Origin: Bdellovibrionota bacterium | GTDB taxonomy: Bacteria > Bdellovibrionota_C > UBA2361 > OMIW01 | Reading direction: 5' to 3' | Assembly: GCA_044345055.1 (NCBI GenBank) | Contig: JBIJBT010000045.1 | Location: forward strand, 1-22,586 | DNA: 22,586 bases | Shown: positions 7,990 to 16,605 of the stretch, piece by piece | Numbering within the stretch: the stretch's first letter is position 1 | How the letters are laid out: every line of letters begins with the position of its first letter | Position numbers and translations under genes: made by a program | The notes under the pieces: model-generated | Databases searched by the model: none | Told to the model about the DNA's origin: nothing | The model's input: only the letters and a program-made list of their open reading frames with translations

Positions 7990-9407
7990 CTATGCGCGCG
8001 AATATGATTGAGATATCCAATAAAGGAGCTATGCGAGGCGGAATTTTTCTATTCGTCGCCCTTCTCATGCCGATACTTATTCTCGGTATTATTCTTATAA
8101 CCGAGATTCCTCTTTTATCTTTTAACTCCAATTCCCATCAGGCCACCCTTGACACTCTAGTCTTATCAGCGGCTCAGCAGCTTCCTGATGATAAAGCGGC
8201 GCGACTAGCGTTTGAGGCGAACTCTCCCTTCTCCGCTGATTCAACGAGCCTTGTTGTAACCCCCGAAAGCATCGAAGCAACTGCGACCTCAAAGCAAACT
8301 CCTCTTCTTTTAAGCTACTTTGGGGTGGACAAGGAAATTTCAACGACAGTTCGGGCGAAGGCTATTATTCCACCACTGAGCGTTACTATCGCACTCGACA
8401 CAAACAGCTACACTGCACCAACTGGAACAAAGGAGTGGGCAACAAACAGTCCTGCTGCCGCTCTTTTTTCGTTGGATAAAACAACCGGCTATAAGTCACA
8501 GCTTTCTTCAATTCGCCAAACGCAGGGGTGTTTTAATGAGCTATCCCTCCCGATGAAACGTATCGCGATTGAGACATATCGCTCTCTTTCTCGAGTTCCG
8601 CGTTATCGTGTCAGCGCAGCGGTAATGCCCACGAGTATCGACAGCTTAAATTCTTCATACGTCGGCGTAACTGCCGTAAAAACGTTCAAAAAGACACCCC
8701 TTTCGTCGGCAGATTGGGTTGAGTATCGTGGCCTTCATCACTCCAACAGCAGATGTGCATCAGCCGCACTTCACGAAACACTTTTTGTCACCGATTCACC
8801 TTATCGATTTCCTCCGCGCGCTCTAGGAACTACTCCAGGAGTTGGGCCTAATGGTGAGCTAATTGTCGATCCTGAGCATGGCACCTTTAACTCCTCCTAT
8901 GCTCCCTACCTCACAGTTGAGGAGGTCTTTTGGTCACAGGCGGCAAACGAGAACCAGCGCATTTCCTCTATCGAATCACTTTTCTCCCTTGGGGCGTTCG
9001 CAATCGCCGAGGATCGAGCTATTGAAAAAACCGTAAGCTCGTCCCTTCAGAACACCAATACGGTCGTCGCGATCGTAGTGGCAGGGGATCTTCCCCGCTC
9101 TCTTAATGGGCGTTTTCCAGATGCAGCAGCAAAGAAGGATTTGGCGGGTGCTATCACAAAACTTGAAGAACTGGCCCTTGATGCGAAGGTAAATCTCCAT
9201 ATCCCCTACATACTATTCAAAAACAGGACAGGAGTTACCATCGAGGAAGGAGCTGAGTTCAGCACATTTCTTAATTCTTTAATCAATTCTTCAAACATCA
9301 AGCATGTTCGGATTACACCTCTGATGACCGAGAGCGGCGAGAAACTTGAACAAACCCTTCTTCCATTTCTAAAAAATCTTCGTCAGCCTGTGGTGCTCTC
9401 GCGATGA
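7986..9407 (+). CDS. TadG-like minor pilin/adhesin with possible degenerate vWA domain
   Basis: RG|GIFLFVALLMPILILGIILITE hydrophobic helix followed by HQATLDTLVLSAA (TadG-type 'LQ.A.D.A.LAA'); VTIALDTNS resembles an imperfect MIDAS DxSxS. Start could be a slightly downstream ATG. Confidence 0.7.
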   Translation: MTMRANMIEISNKGAMRGGIFLFVALLMPILILGIILITEIPLLSFNSNSHQATLDTLVLSAAQQLPDDKAARLAFEANSPFSADSTSLVVTPESIEATATSKQTPLLLSYFGVDKEISTTVRAKAIIPPLSVTIALDTNSYTAPTGTKEWATNSPAAALFSLDKTTGYKSQLSSIRQTQGCFNELSLPMKRIAIETYRSLSRVPRYRVSAAVMPTSIDSLNSSYVGVTAVKTFKKTPLSSADWVEYRGLHHSNSRCASAALHETLFVTDSPYRFPPRALGTTPGVGPNGELIVDPEHGTFNSSYAPYLTVEEVFWSQAANENQRISSIESLFSLGAFAIAEDRAIEKTVSSSLQNTNTVVAIVVAGDLPRSLNGRFPDAAAKKDLAGAITKLEELALDAKVNLHIPYILFKNRTGVTIEEGAEFSTFLNSLINSSNIKHVRITPLMTESGEKLEQTLLPFLKNLRQPVVLSR

Positions 9408-10087
9408 ATAGGTCTCTCACTCTGCATCGCTTTCGTACTCACTCGGTCGGCTTCGCCGTTCTTGAGATGGCGCTTTGTTTGATCTTGTTTGTCACGATTC
9501 TTCTCGCCTCGCTAGCTCTGTCGTGTTACATCCTCAACAAGCAGATAGTTGAGCATGCAGTGTACGCGAATGCGGCAAAGATATCCGCGGTGCCTTATCG
9601 AATAACTACTCAAAATGGCTCTGTCGCATATTCACTGGATGAAAGAGGCCTTCAAGCGGCCATAGATAAATCATTAGGCGAACTTTCAGCAGCCCTTTCA
9701 TCAGAGCTTTTTCAGGTTAAAGCCGACGATATTTCGATACAGCTCGGATACCTCGAACTATCAGGTCACGCAAAAAATCTCTCGGTGAATAGATCTTTTT
9801 TCAAAACGCGAGGAGCCCCGTCGAATACCGCCGACTTTGCGACTATTGCGCCAAACCGACTCAATCAAACACTTGCTGGCATCGGCATCGATTCTGTTAA
9901 CGGCCTATCTCCAATAGTTTTGCGAGCACGAGTACGGCTTCCGACCGATTCGTTCACTAGGTTCGATATACTCAATATAACAGCAAATGAGCTAACGGCA
10001 GATTTCATCATCCCGCTTCGCCAACAGGCTGGCCTTTTAGCTAGAAGTGATAACAGCTTAATGAGCGATGAGGCGAGGCTTTCATGA
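9404..10087 (+). CDS. TadE/TadF-like minor pilin
   Basis: G|FAVLEMAL prepilin motif with Glu+5 followed by a hydrophobic helix; ATGA overlap with the previous gene. Confidence 0.75.
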   Translation: MNRSLTLHRFRTHSVGFAVLEMALCLILFVTILLASLALSCYILNKQIVEHAVYANAAKISAVPYRITTQNGSVAYSLDERGLQAAIDKSLGELSAALSSELFQVKADDISIQLGYLELSGHAKNLSVNRSFFKTRGAPSNTADFATIAPNRLNQTLAGIGIDSVNGLSPIVLRARVRLPTDSFTRFDILNITANELTADFIIPLRQQAGLLARSDNSLMSDEARLS

Positions 10088-11286
10088 GATTTTTTTCCTC
10101 CAAAAAAAAGGGCTATTTTCCCTCAACGAGTGAGCTTCTTCCTTCTTTGATAGCAGAGGATGAAGCGAAAAATCTACTAGCCCAATTGGTCGATAGTCGA
10201 GAGATATTTGGAGAGGTTGCTCGAATTAAAAAATGTAGCGAAGCGCAGCTAATGAAGGAGCTTGCCCAACGCATTGGTCTCCCATTTGGAAGTGAAATCA
10301 GCAGAATTCGCGAAGAAACACCGTGGGATGCGGCATATCTGAGCCGTGGAGCACTCCCCGAGGTAATTGATGGTGTCATAGTCGGTGCCTACTCGATAGA
10401 TCCACACCGTATTCGGGAGATTCTCCCAGCGGCTCTTGCTGAAAATATTGTAATCGTAACCTGGAGCTGCCTCTCCTCATTTGTTGCAGCGCAGCAACCG
10501 AGGAGCGAAACCTCCAACGAAATACCGCTCGCACCAAGCCCATCCCTTATCAATCTTTTATCGCTCATACTGGATGAGGCTTCAAGCTTTGGATTGTCGC
10601 AGGCAAATCTCACCATTTCCCCCCGAGGTATCTCCTATTTATTACCACTTGCAAATGGAGAGCCGCTAACCGGCTTCTTTGAATCTCCGAGTGCTGGCAT
10701 CCTCGAGGAGATGAAGGGTGCAGCACTAAGAGGTGATACGATACAACTTGACCACGGCGAGAGGGTTGCTCTTAACGAAGTTACTCCTGGGCACTTTTTG
10801 TTGAAAAAAGTGCCATTATCTGATGTTTTACTGCAGACAGCGGTCGAAACTAATCCAGCCCTAGATAATACAATACTTCTCATCGAGGACGATCCAAGTT
10901 TTTCGGCGATTGTTGCTGCCGTCCTTAAAGAGGGTGGTTATATTGTCACCGCGTGTCAGTCAGTTTCTGAGGCAGTTACATCTCTCCAACAACAGCTTCA
11001 ACCAAGCGCGATTATAAGCGACCTAAATGTTATCGACTCTGCAGGCAAAGAAACGATCGATCGACTCATCTCTGAAAGCGGCATATCACCCACTCGGATT
11101 ATAGTGCTTAGTAACGAAGATGATGGCCAGCTAGAAGCGTCGCTAGTTCGCCTCGGTCTTCAGGGTGTAATACCGAAACACCGAGACCCTGAAGTTCTAC
11201 TTGCTCACCTTGATTGGGTTACAAAAGGAAGCAAAGGATCAACTAATGCCGATGTCACCTGCAATTTGAACGAGAGGGCTCGTTAG
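10084..11286 (+). CDS. Response regulator: degenerate PilB/GspE-like N-terminal region + C-terminal receiver domain
   Basis: REC motifs ILLIEDD, AIISD (phosphoacceptor Asp), IIVLS, VIPK; N-terminal SEAQLMKELAQRIGLPF and LINLLSLILDEASSFGLSQANL segments. Confidence 0.8.
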   Translation: MRFFSSKKKGYFPSTSELLPSLIAEDEAKNLLAQLVDSREIFGEVARIKKCSEAQLMKELAQRIGLPFGSEISRIREETPWDAAYLSRGALPEVIDGVIVGAYSIDPHRIREILPAALAENIVIVTWSCLSSFVAAQQPRSETSNEIPLAPSPSLINLLSLILDEASSFGLSQANLTISPRGISYLLPLANGEPLTGFFESPSAGILEEMKGAALRGDTIQLDHGERVALNEVTPGHFLLKKVPLSDVLLQTAVETNPALDNTILLIEDDPSFSAIVAAVLKEGGYIVTACQSVSEAVTSLQQQLQPSAIISDLNVIDSAGKETIDRLISESGISPTRIIVLSNEDDGQLEASLVRLGLQGVIPKHRDPEVLLAHLDWVTKGSKGSTNADVTCNLNERAR

Positions 11287-11287
11287 A

Positions 11288-12715
11288 ATGATGACTCCGC
11301 TACTGGTCACCGTCGGCACTATTATCGCCTTAGCCCTAGCCCTTGCCGTTTCCCTTTCGCTATTATTCCTTATCCGGATCCGGGCGATAGATAAAGCGCT
11401 CGATTGTCTTCTTACTGAACAGCGAAAACTACCCGCATTCCTGATTCAAAAAAATGCTCTTCTCGGCTCAACACGTCTCCAAAAACTTATTCTCCTTCAT
11501 CAAAAAGTTGCCTCGGATCAGAATCAGTCTCCTCTCCTTTCGGCAATTCGCACCCCACAAAAGCCGGAGCATCCACCCTCAGAAGAACGAATTGAGGAGA
11601 CCGCTAGGCACCTTCTTCGCTCAAGCAGAGCTCGGGCGTGGTATCTCGCCTACACGATTCATTCATCGGCAGCTCCTCTTCTTCGGAGTTGCTCAGCGGG
11701 GATTCAGCTAACCGAGGTTCTTCATCGATTACAATCGCGTGCAATCGATCCCGCCCGAAAAGATGAACCACCCCGAATATCGGCTGTTGCTGATCCAGCA
11801 CTCCGGTGGTGCGGCATCTCTCAGGAGTGTTCCATCACCGATCATTCTGAACAGATAACTTTCCATCTATGGGTTGGATACGCCGGTGAAGTTCCCCTCC
11901 CCTCAGCTGAGCACGAAAAGCTCTCCTCAATAGTATCAACCCTTCAGCGAGAGATGCGGGATCTTGCAGCTCTTGAATCTCTCTCCTCAAAAGCTTCTGA
12001 AGAGAGCGCGAGCCGTCGCAAAAAAGAGCAGTTTTTTTCCCACATCGCTCACGACCTTCGTTCACCACTAGGTAATATTCGGTCCATACTTCACTCATTT
12101 GCCAATGGAACTACTACTGAGGAGCTGCTCCGCTTTGGCGAAATGAACTGCGATAGAATCGAACAATTAACTGCTGACATTATCGTATTGTCAAAGCAAC
12201 AGGCTGGTGCATTACAGAGTCACCCTCATCCCTTCATTCTCACAGACCTGATGCGCGGCATTCGGAGTCGCTACACGCCGATGGCATCGCAGAAAAAACT
12301 AGAATTAATCGTCGACGATTCGCAACCTCTTCCCCCCGTATGGGCCGATCCCTCCCACATCACCCGCGTTATTGAGAATCTGGTAGGCAACGCGATAAAA
12401 CACAGCTGGAGCGGAACTATTACAATAGCAGCATCTCCATCGACCTCTGGATGTATCCGATGCTCCGTTCGCGATTCTGGACCAGGAATCCCAACTGACA
12501 AGCTCGACCTAATCACAAAACCTTTCCAGCAGCTTCAGGATTCAATCTCAGACGGCGTCGGACTAGGCCTAGCGATTGCAAAACTTCTCACTGAAGCGAA
12601 CAAAGGCACATTTTCAGTAATCTCCGAAGTCGGCAAAGGAAGTGAATTTTCCATAGATCTGCCGGTGTGGGACGGAGGTGATTTTCGAGGAGGCGGCGGG
12701 GAGCGCACAGATTGA
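11288..12715 (+). CDS. Sensor histidine kinase (N-terminal TM, HisKA, HATPase_c)
   Basis: H-box FFSHIAHDLRSPL, N-box ENLVGNAIKH, G1 DSGPGI, F-box PFQQ, G2 GVGLGL, and SEVGKGSEF. Confidence 0.95.
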   Translation: MMTPLLVTVGTIIALALALAVSLSLLFLIRIRAIDKALDCLLTEQRKLPAFLIQKNALLGSTRLQKLILLHQKVASDQNQSPLLSAIRTPQKPEHPPSEERIEETARHLLRSSRARAWYLAYTIHSSAAPLLRSCSAGIQLTEVLHRLQSRAIDPARKDEPPRISAVADPALRWCGISQECSITDHSEQITFHLWVGYAGEVPLPSAEHEKLSSIVSTLQREMRDLAALESLSSKASEESASRRKKEQFFSHIAHDLRSPLGNIRSILHSFANGTTTEELLRFGEMNCDRIEQLTADIIVLSKQQAGALQSHPHPFILTDLMRGIRSRYTPMASQKKLELIVDDSQPLPPVWADPSHITRVIENLVGNAIKHSWSGTITIAASPSTSGCIRCSVRDSGPGIPTDKLDLITKPFQQLQDSISDGVGLGLAIAKLLTEANKGTFSVISEVGKGSEFSIDLPVWDGGDFRGGGGERTD

Positions 12716-12810
12716 GTTTTTTTAAGTTGAACCACACCCGCCTTTAGTTTACTAATGATGTATCTCCTCCACTAATCTAAGCTCCCTCCCAAATCACTAG
12801 AGGTGGTACC

Positions 12811-13317
12811 ATGGACACCGAAACTCAAAGCAAAGAACGCTCTTATTATTCCAATTACCCCAAGCATCCGCATCGCCCGCGAAGCTTTACTTTTGCTCGA
12901 TTTGCAACAGTGGTTTTCCTGCTCGCGATAATAACCATCCCCGCTTCCGCTCATCCGCAGTGTCCCGGTCAAAAAAAGGAGTGTAGCTGCTCTTGCAAAT
13001 TGGGTGCAGGTGCAAAAAAGAAAAAGGAGAGGGCGAAAAATTGCGCGGCTATGCACGATAACGGGCAGATGAAAGGAATGGAGCACAAAAAGAGCTGCGC
13101 AAAAAAGAATAATAACAAGAAAGCGCAGGGGCGAAGATGCTCCAAGTCAGGTCCTGCTGTCTGTGCGCAACCCCCGATGCCCCCCTGCCCGCCCGACAAG
13201 ATGTGTGCTCAGGTCATGCCGCAGGTTCGTTGGTTTAGAAATCGGTGTGCGGCTGAGAAGGAAGGGGCAACAGTGATGGCAGATTCTGCCTGTCAGGTGG
13301 ACTTAATTCCTCAATAG
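12811..13317 (+). CDS. Putative secreted Cys/Lys-rich protein with Kazal-like C-terminal domain
   Basis: GAGGTGG RBS; hydrophobic stretch ending in ASA|; 12 Cys; C-x7-C...F-x-N-x-C...C pattern. Confidence 0.65.
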   Translation: MDTETQSKERSYYSNYPKHPHRPRSFTFARFATVVFLLAIITIPASAHPQCPGQKKECSCSCKLGAGAKKKKERAKNCAAMHDNGQMKGMEHKKSCAKKNNNKKAQGRRCSKSGPAVCAQPPMPPCPPDKMCAQVMPQVRWFRNRCAAEKEGATVMADSACQVDLIPQ

Positions 13318-13355
13318 TGGCGAGCGCCTCTCTTTTTTGAAGGCGGTTACGGCTC

Positions 13356-14213
13356 CTAATTCGAAGAACGGATCTCTTCCCATAATAGAGGCAGTGACAC
13401 CAACAGGTATTCTCGGAAGTAAGCTGCTATAACATCATAACCCGCTGCCGTTGGATGAAGCTGATCTTTATTGTAAAGCGATTTACTGATGAGATCGAAA
13501 CCCACAGTTGCGGGAAGCTGGAGGCTGCTTCCCCTTTTTAGACGAGCATTCAACCGCCCTACCCATGCTCCCTGACCCGTTCTGTTCGGCAAAAGTAGGC
13601 GAGAAAGAAGTACTACAGGAGTCCTTCCTGTCTTAGTAGTTATTTCATCACGAAGATATCTCTGGAGTCTATTCAGACGAGCGAAGGTATCGTTTACCGG
13701 TGGATTCGATTTTCGGGCAACCCGCCACCAGTCGTTTCGACCGATATCGATGACTATAATATCAGCATCGAGGAGTGTTCCTTTAAGTCGGGGCCGCATC
13801 GCTCCGCCCGATAGTGTTGATTTCACTATCTGATAGAGCTGCAAAGAGTTTTGTCCAGAAGTTCCAACGCCGGCAATCGCCACACCCGGCAGAAGCGCTC
13901 CCGTCCGCCTTATATATCCACCGCCTGAATTTCCATACCGCTCATCCCCGACTCCTGCGACAATACTATCGCCCAAAACCACTATGCGGACCTCTTTATC
14001 ACAGGTGACATCGGGAATATTGTACAAGCCGTCGCAACCGCGTTGTACTCCACCTAAACCAGCAGGAGCAGCAAAACGCCACTTAAAAATAAGCTGTGGA
14101 CAGATGCCGGATAAACACGGCTCTCCCCTGGCCTCCGAAATATTCCCCACCATAGCAAAGAGCACTAGCACTCCCGCAATGATTTTTCGGCAGACCTGCT
14201 CACGTGAAATCAT
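13356..14213 (-). CDS. SGNH/GDSL-family hydrolase, probably exported
   Basis: Block I VLGDSI, block II GTSG, block III IGRND, block V DQLHP. Start placed at ATG 14213 (GAGGT RBS, signal-peptide-like N-terminus), just downstream of the metG stop. Confidence 0.88.
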   Translation of the reverse strand: MISREQVCRKIIAGVLVLFAMVGNISEARGEPCLSGICPQLIFKWRFAAPAGLGGVQRGCDGLYNIPDVTCDKEVRIVVLGDSIVAGVGDERYGNSGGGYIRRTGALLPGVAIAGVGTSGQNSLQLYQIVKSTLSGGAMRPRLKGTLLDADIIVIDIGRNDWWRVARKSNPPVNDTFARLNRLQRYLRDEITTKTGRTPVVLLSRLLLPNRTGQGAWVGRLNARLKRGSSLQLPATVGFDLISKSLYNKDQLHPTAAGYDVIAAYFREYLLVSLPLLWEEIRSSN

Positions 14214-14223
14214 TCCCGCACCT

Positions 14224-15771
14224 CTATTCTTCGCGGAGTAAGGGCAGTTCCAAACGGGGGAAAAGCGCCCCGCCGCTGACCATGGATTGCCCCTCGAGCT
14301 CTCCCCACTGCGGGCATCGTGCAAAGGTCCGCCCCTCAAGCGAGCTTCCCAATCGTGCAGCCAGCTCGGCCATCTTCGTTGGCATCACCGGAGAGAGGAG
14401 AAACGCCACCGTGTTTAACACCGACACCACCGCAGCAAGCGCCTCACCCGCAGCAGCTGTATCAGTTTTAACCGTCTTCCAGGGGGCCATTCCATCAATA
14501 TATTGATTAGTCCGTGAGAGGAGCTCAACAACAGCCCCAATCGCGTGGTGAGGAGCAAGCTCCTCTATGGCACCTCGCACCCGCTCTGGAAGCGCCTCTG
14601 CCGCCTCTCGCAACCCTACCGTCGCAGTTGACTCTGTGGTTGCAGCGGGAACTACTCCGCCAAAATATTTCTCAATAAGGGCGCTCGATCTGTTCGCCAA
14701 ATTTCCAAGATTATTGGCAAGCTCAGCATTCAGGCGAGATACCACCAACTCCTCAGAGAAGCTCCCATCGTTTCCGAACACAATATCACGTGCCAACCAA
14801 TATCGGGTTGCATCGATACCTATTGCATCACAGAGCGTCTGCGGAGTCACAACGGGCCCCTCAGACTTCGACATTTTTCTGCCAACCGCATTAAGTATCC
14901 ATCCATGGGCAAAGATAACACGAGGCAACGGAACCGAAAGAGCCATCAACATCGTGGACCAATAGACTGCATGGGTCGTCAAGATATCCTTTCCGATCAG
15001 ATGCACCACCCCTGACCACCACTTCTGAAATTGCCGCTCTCCCTCCTCGGATTGGCGATACCCTATCGCCGATGCGTAGTTTAGCAACGCATCAAACCAA
15101 ACATAGGTGACAAACTCTTCATCAAACGGAACAGGAATCCCCCAAGCCAGCCGCTTTTTAGGCCGCGAAATACAGAGGTCCGCGAGCGGCTGACGAAGGA
15201 ACCCCAGCACCTCACTACGCTTACCCTCCGGCTGAATATAATCGGGATTACCCTCAAGGTATGCTATCAAAGCATCTTGATACTTCGACATCCGGAAAAA
15301 ATAGTTCTTTTCGGTCACCCGCTGAACCGGCTTTCCAGCAGGGCTCAGCCCATTAACGATCTCTTTTTCAGTAAAAAACATCTCCTCACTTACTGAGTAC
15401 CACCCCTCGTACTCAGCAGAGTATATATCGCCCTTTTCATGTAGATATGCGAGGCAGTCCTGCACCACCCGCTGATGATGAGGAAAGGTCGTGCGCATGA
15501 AAATATCGTGCGATATCCCGAGATGCCGCCACGCTTTCTCAAAAGATGCAGCCATATCATCGCAATGAACCTGCGGAGTTAGTCCTCGCTGTAGAGCCGC
15601 CTCTTCCGCCTTCTGGCCGTGTTCATCAACCCCTGTAAGAAACAGAGTTTCATCACCAAATAATCGGTGATAGCGAGCGAGGATATCGGCGATCGTTGTT
15701 GTGTAGAGGTTGCCAAGATGAGGCGCCCCGTTCACATAATATATTGGAGTTGTTACATAAAAAGGTGCCAT
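14224..15771 (-). CDS. metG: Methionine--tRNA ligase (short form without C-terminal tRNA-binding domain)
   Basis: FYVTTPIYYVNGAPHLGN (HIGH), GVDEHG, YVWFDAL.NY, IGKDIL, KMSKS, LANNLGNL..R. Start placed at ATG 15771. Confidence 0.97.
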   Translation of the reverse strand: MAPFYVTTPIYYVNGAPHLGNLYTTTIADILARYHRLFGDETLFLTGVDEHGQKAEEAALQRGLTPQVHCDDMAASFEKAWRHLGISHDIFMRTTFPHHQRVVQDCLAYLHEKGDIYSAEYEGWYSVSEEMFFTEKEIVNGLSPAGKPVQRVTEKNYFFRMSKYQDALIAYLEGNPDYIQPEGKRSEVLGFLRQPLADLCISRPKKRLAWGIPVPFDEEFVTYVWFDALLNYASAIGYRQSEEGERQFQKWWSGVVHLIGKDILTTHAVYWSTMLMALSVPLPRVIFAHGWILNAVGRKMSKSEGPVVTPQTLCDAIGIDATRYWLARDIVFGNDGSFSEELVVSRLNAELANNLGNLANRSSALIEKYFGGVVPAATTESTATVGLREAAEALPERVRGAIEELAPHHAIGAVVELLSRTNQYIDGMAPWKTVKTDTAAAGEALAAVVSVLNTVAFLLSPVMPTKMAELAARLGSSLEGRTFARCPQWGELEGQSMVSGGALFPRLELPLLREE

Positions 15772-15838
15772 AGCGGACTCACAAACAGACAAAGCCGAGC
15801 GGAATTCGGGAACAATGCAGGGAGAATTCGGATCACAC

Positions 15839-15866
15839 AAAGCGAAGCGTCATTTCACTTCGCCCT
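15839..15866 (-). terminator. Hairpin downstream of nuoB (possible weak terminator or processing site)
   Basis: Minus strand AGGGCGAAGT-gaaatgac-GCTTCGCTTT forms a 10-bp stem including G-U pairs, about 20 nt after the nuoB stop; U-tract is short. Confidence 0.4.
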
Positions 15867-15883
15867 ACGCGAATCGATACGGG

Positions 15884-16441
15884 TCAAACCCGAGGAGTCA
15901 GCGATGTATCAATCTCATCCCCAAGCAGTTCCGGAAGGTCTGGATGGGGCTGCGCTCCACCGTGGCTCGGAATTAACGGCTGACGAGAACGCTGAATATC
16001 CCGTTGCAATCGCAATAGGGCATCGATAACAGTTTCAGGGCGAGGAGGACATCCGGGTATATACATATCCACGGGCAGAATCTTATCGATCCCCGCAACT
16101 GTAGTGTAATTGTCGTAAAACCCCCCAGAGGAAGCGCACGCCCCGAACGCAACGACCCACTTCGGCTCCGCCATCTGTTCATAGATCCTAAGAAGGACCG
16201 GCGCAAGCTTGTGATTAATAGTTCCAACAACAAAGAGAAGGTCCGATTGCCGTGGTGTAAAGCGAGGCAGTGCCGCTCCAAATCTGTCGGTATCGTAGTG
16301 CGAACAGCTCACCGCCATAAACTCCATCCCGCAACACGCCGTCACGAATGGATAAGGAAAAAGGGAGTATTTCCGGGCAAACCCGACAAAACTCTCAAGC
16401 TTTGTAACAAAATACCCGGGATTGTCCTGAGGAATCTCCAT
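15884..16441 (-). CDS. nuoB: NADH-quinone oxidoreductase subunit B
   Basis: TACCGMEF, RFTPRQSD, YEQMAEPKWV, GACASSGG, VDMYIPGCPPRP (N2 [4Fe-4S] ligands). Start at ATG 16441 with GGAGGT RBS. Confidence 0.95.
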   Translation of the reverse strand: MEIPQDNPGYFVTKLESFVGFARKYSLFPYPFVTACCGMEFMAVSCSHYDTDRFGAALPRFTPRQSDLLFVVGTINHKLAPVLLRIYEQMAEPKWVVAFGACASSGGFYDNYTTVAGIDKILPVDMYIPGCPPRPETVIDALLRLQRDIQRSRQPLIPSHGGAQPHPDLPELLGDEIDTSLTPRV

Positions 16442-16511
16442 TGTCACTATGACCTCCAAAGTCGCAAAAAAGGCCCGACCTAAATCCGCCAGCCCCCATT
16501 CATTCAGCGTA

Positions 16512-16541
16512 ATCTTATCGAGTCCCTTAGGTTACTGTCAA
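16512..16541 (-). promoter_or_regulatory. Sigma70-type promoter upstream of nuoB
   Basis: Perfect TTGACA (16541-16536), 18 bp spacer, TAAGAT (16517-16512), about 70 bp upstream of the nuoB start. Confidence 0.55.
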
Positions 16542-16605
16542 AGAATAATCCAGGGGGTGAGCAGATAGGATGGATTAGGACTCAGCTACCACCAGGGATT
16601 AGGGA

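Noticed and set aside
12801..12810. AGGTGGTACC resembling a T-box core
   Set aside because: It is the RBS region of the 12811 gene, has no antiterminator or terminator context and is not upstream of metG.
14214..14339. Longer starts from the ORF track (SGNH 14339; likewise metG 15840, nuoB 16459, GT4 18524, tadC 7108)
   Set aside because: Downstream ATGs fit better with RBS position, gene overlaps or family N-termini.
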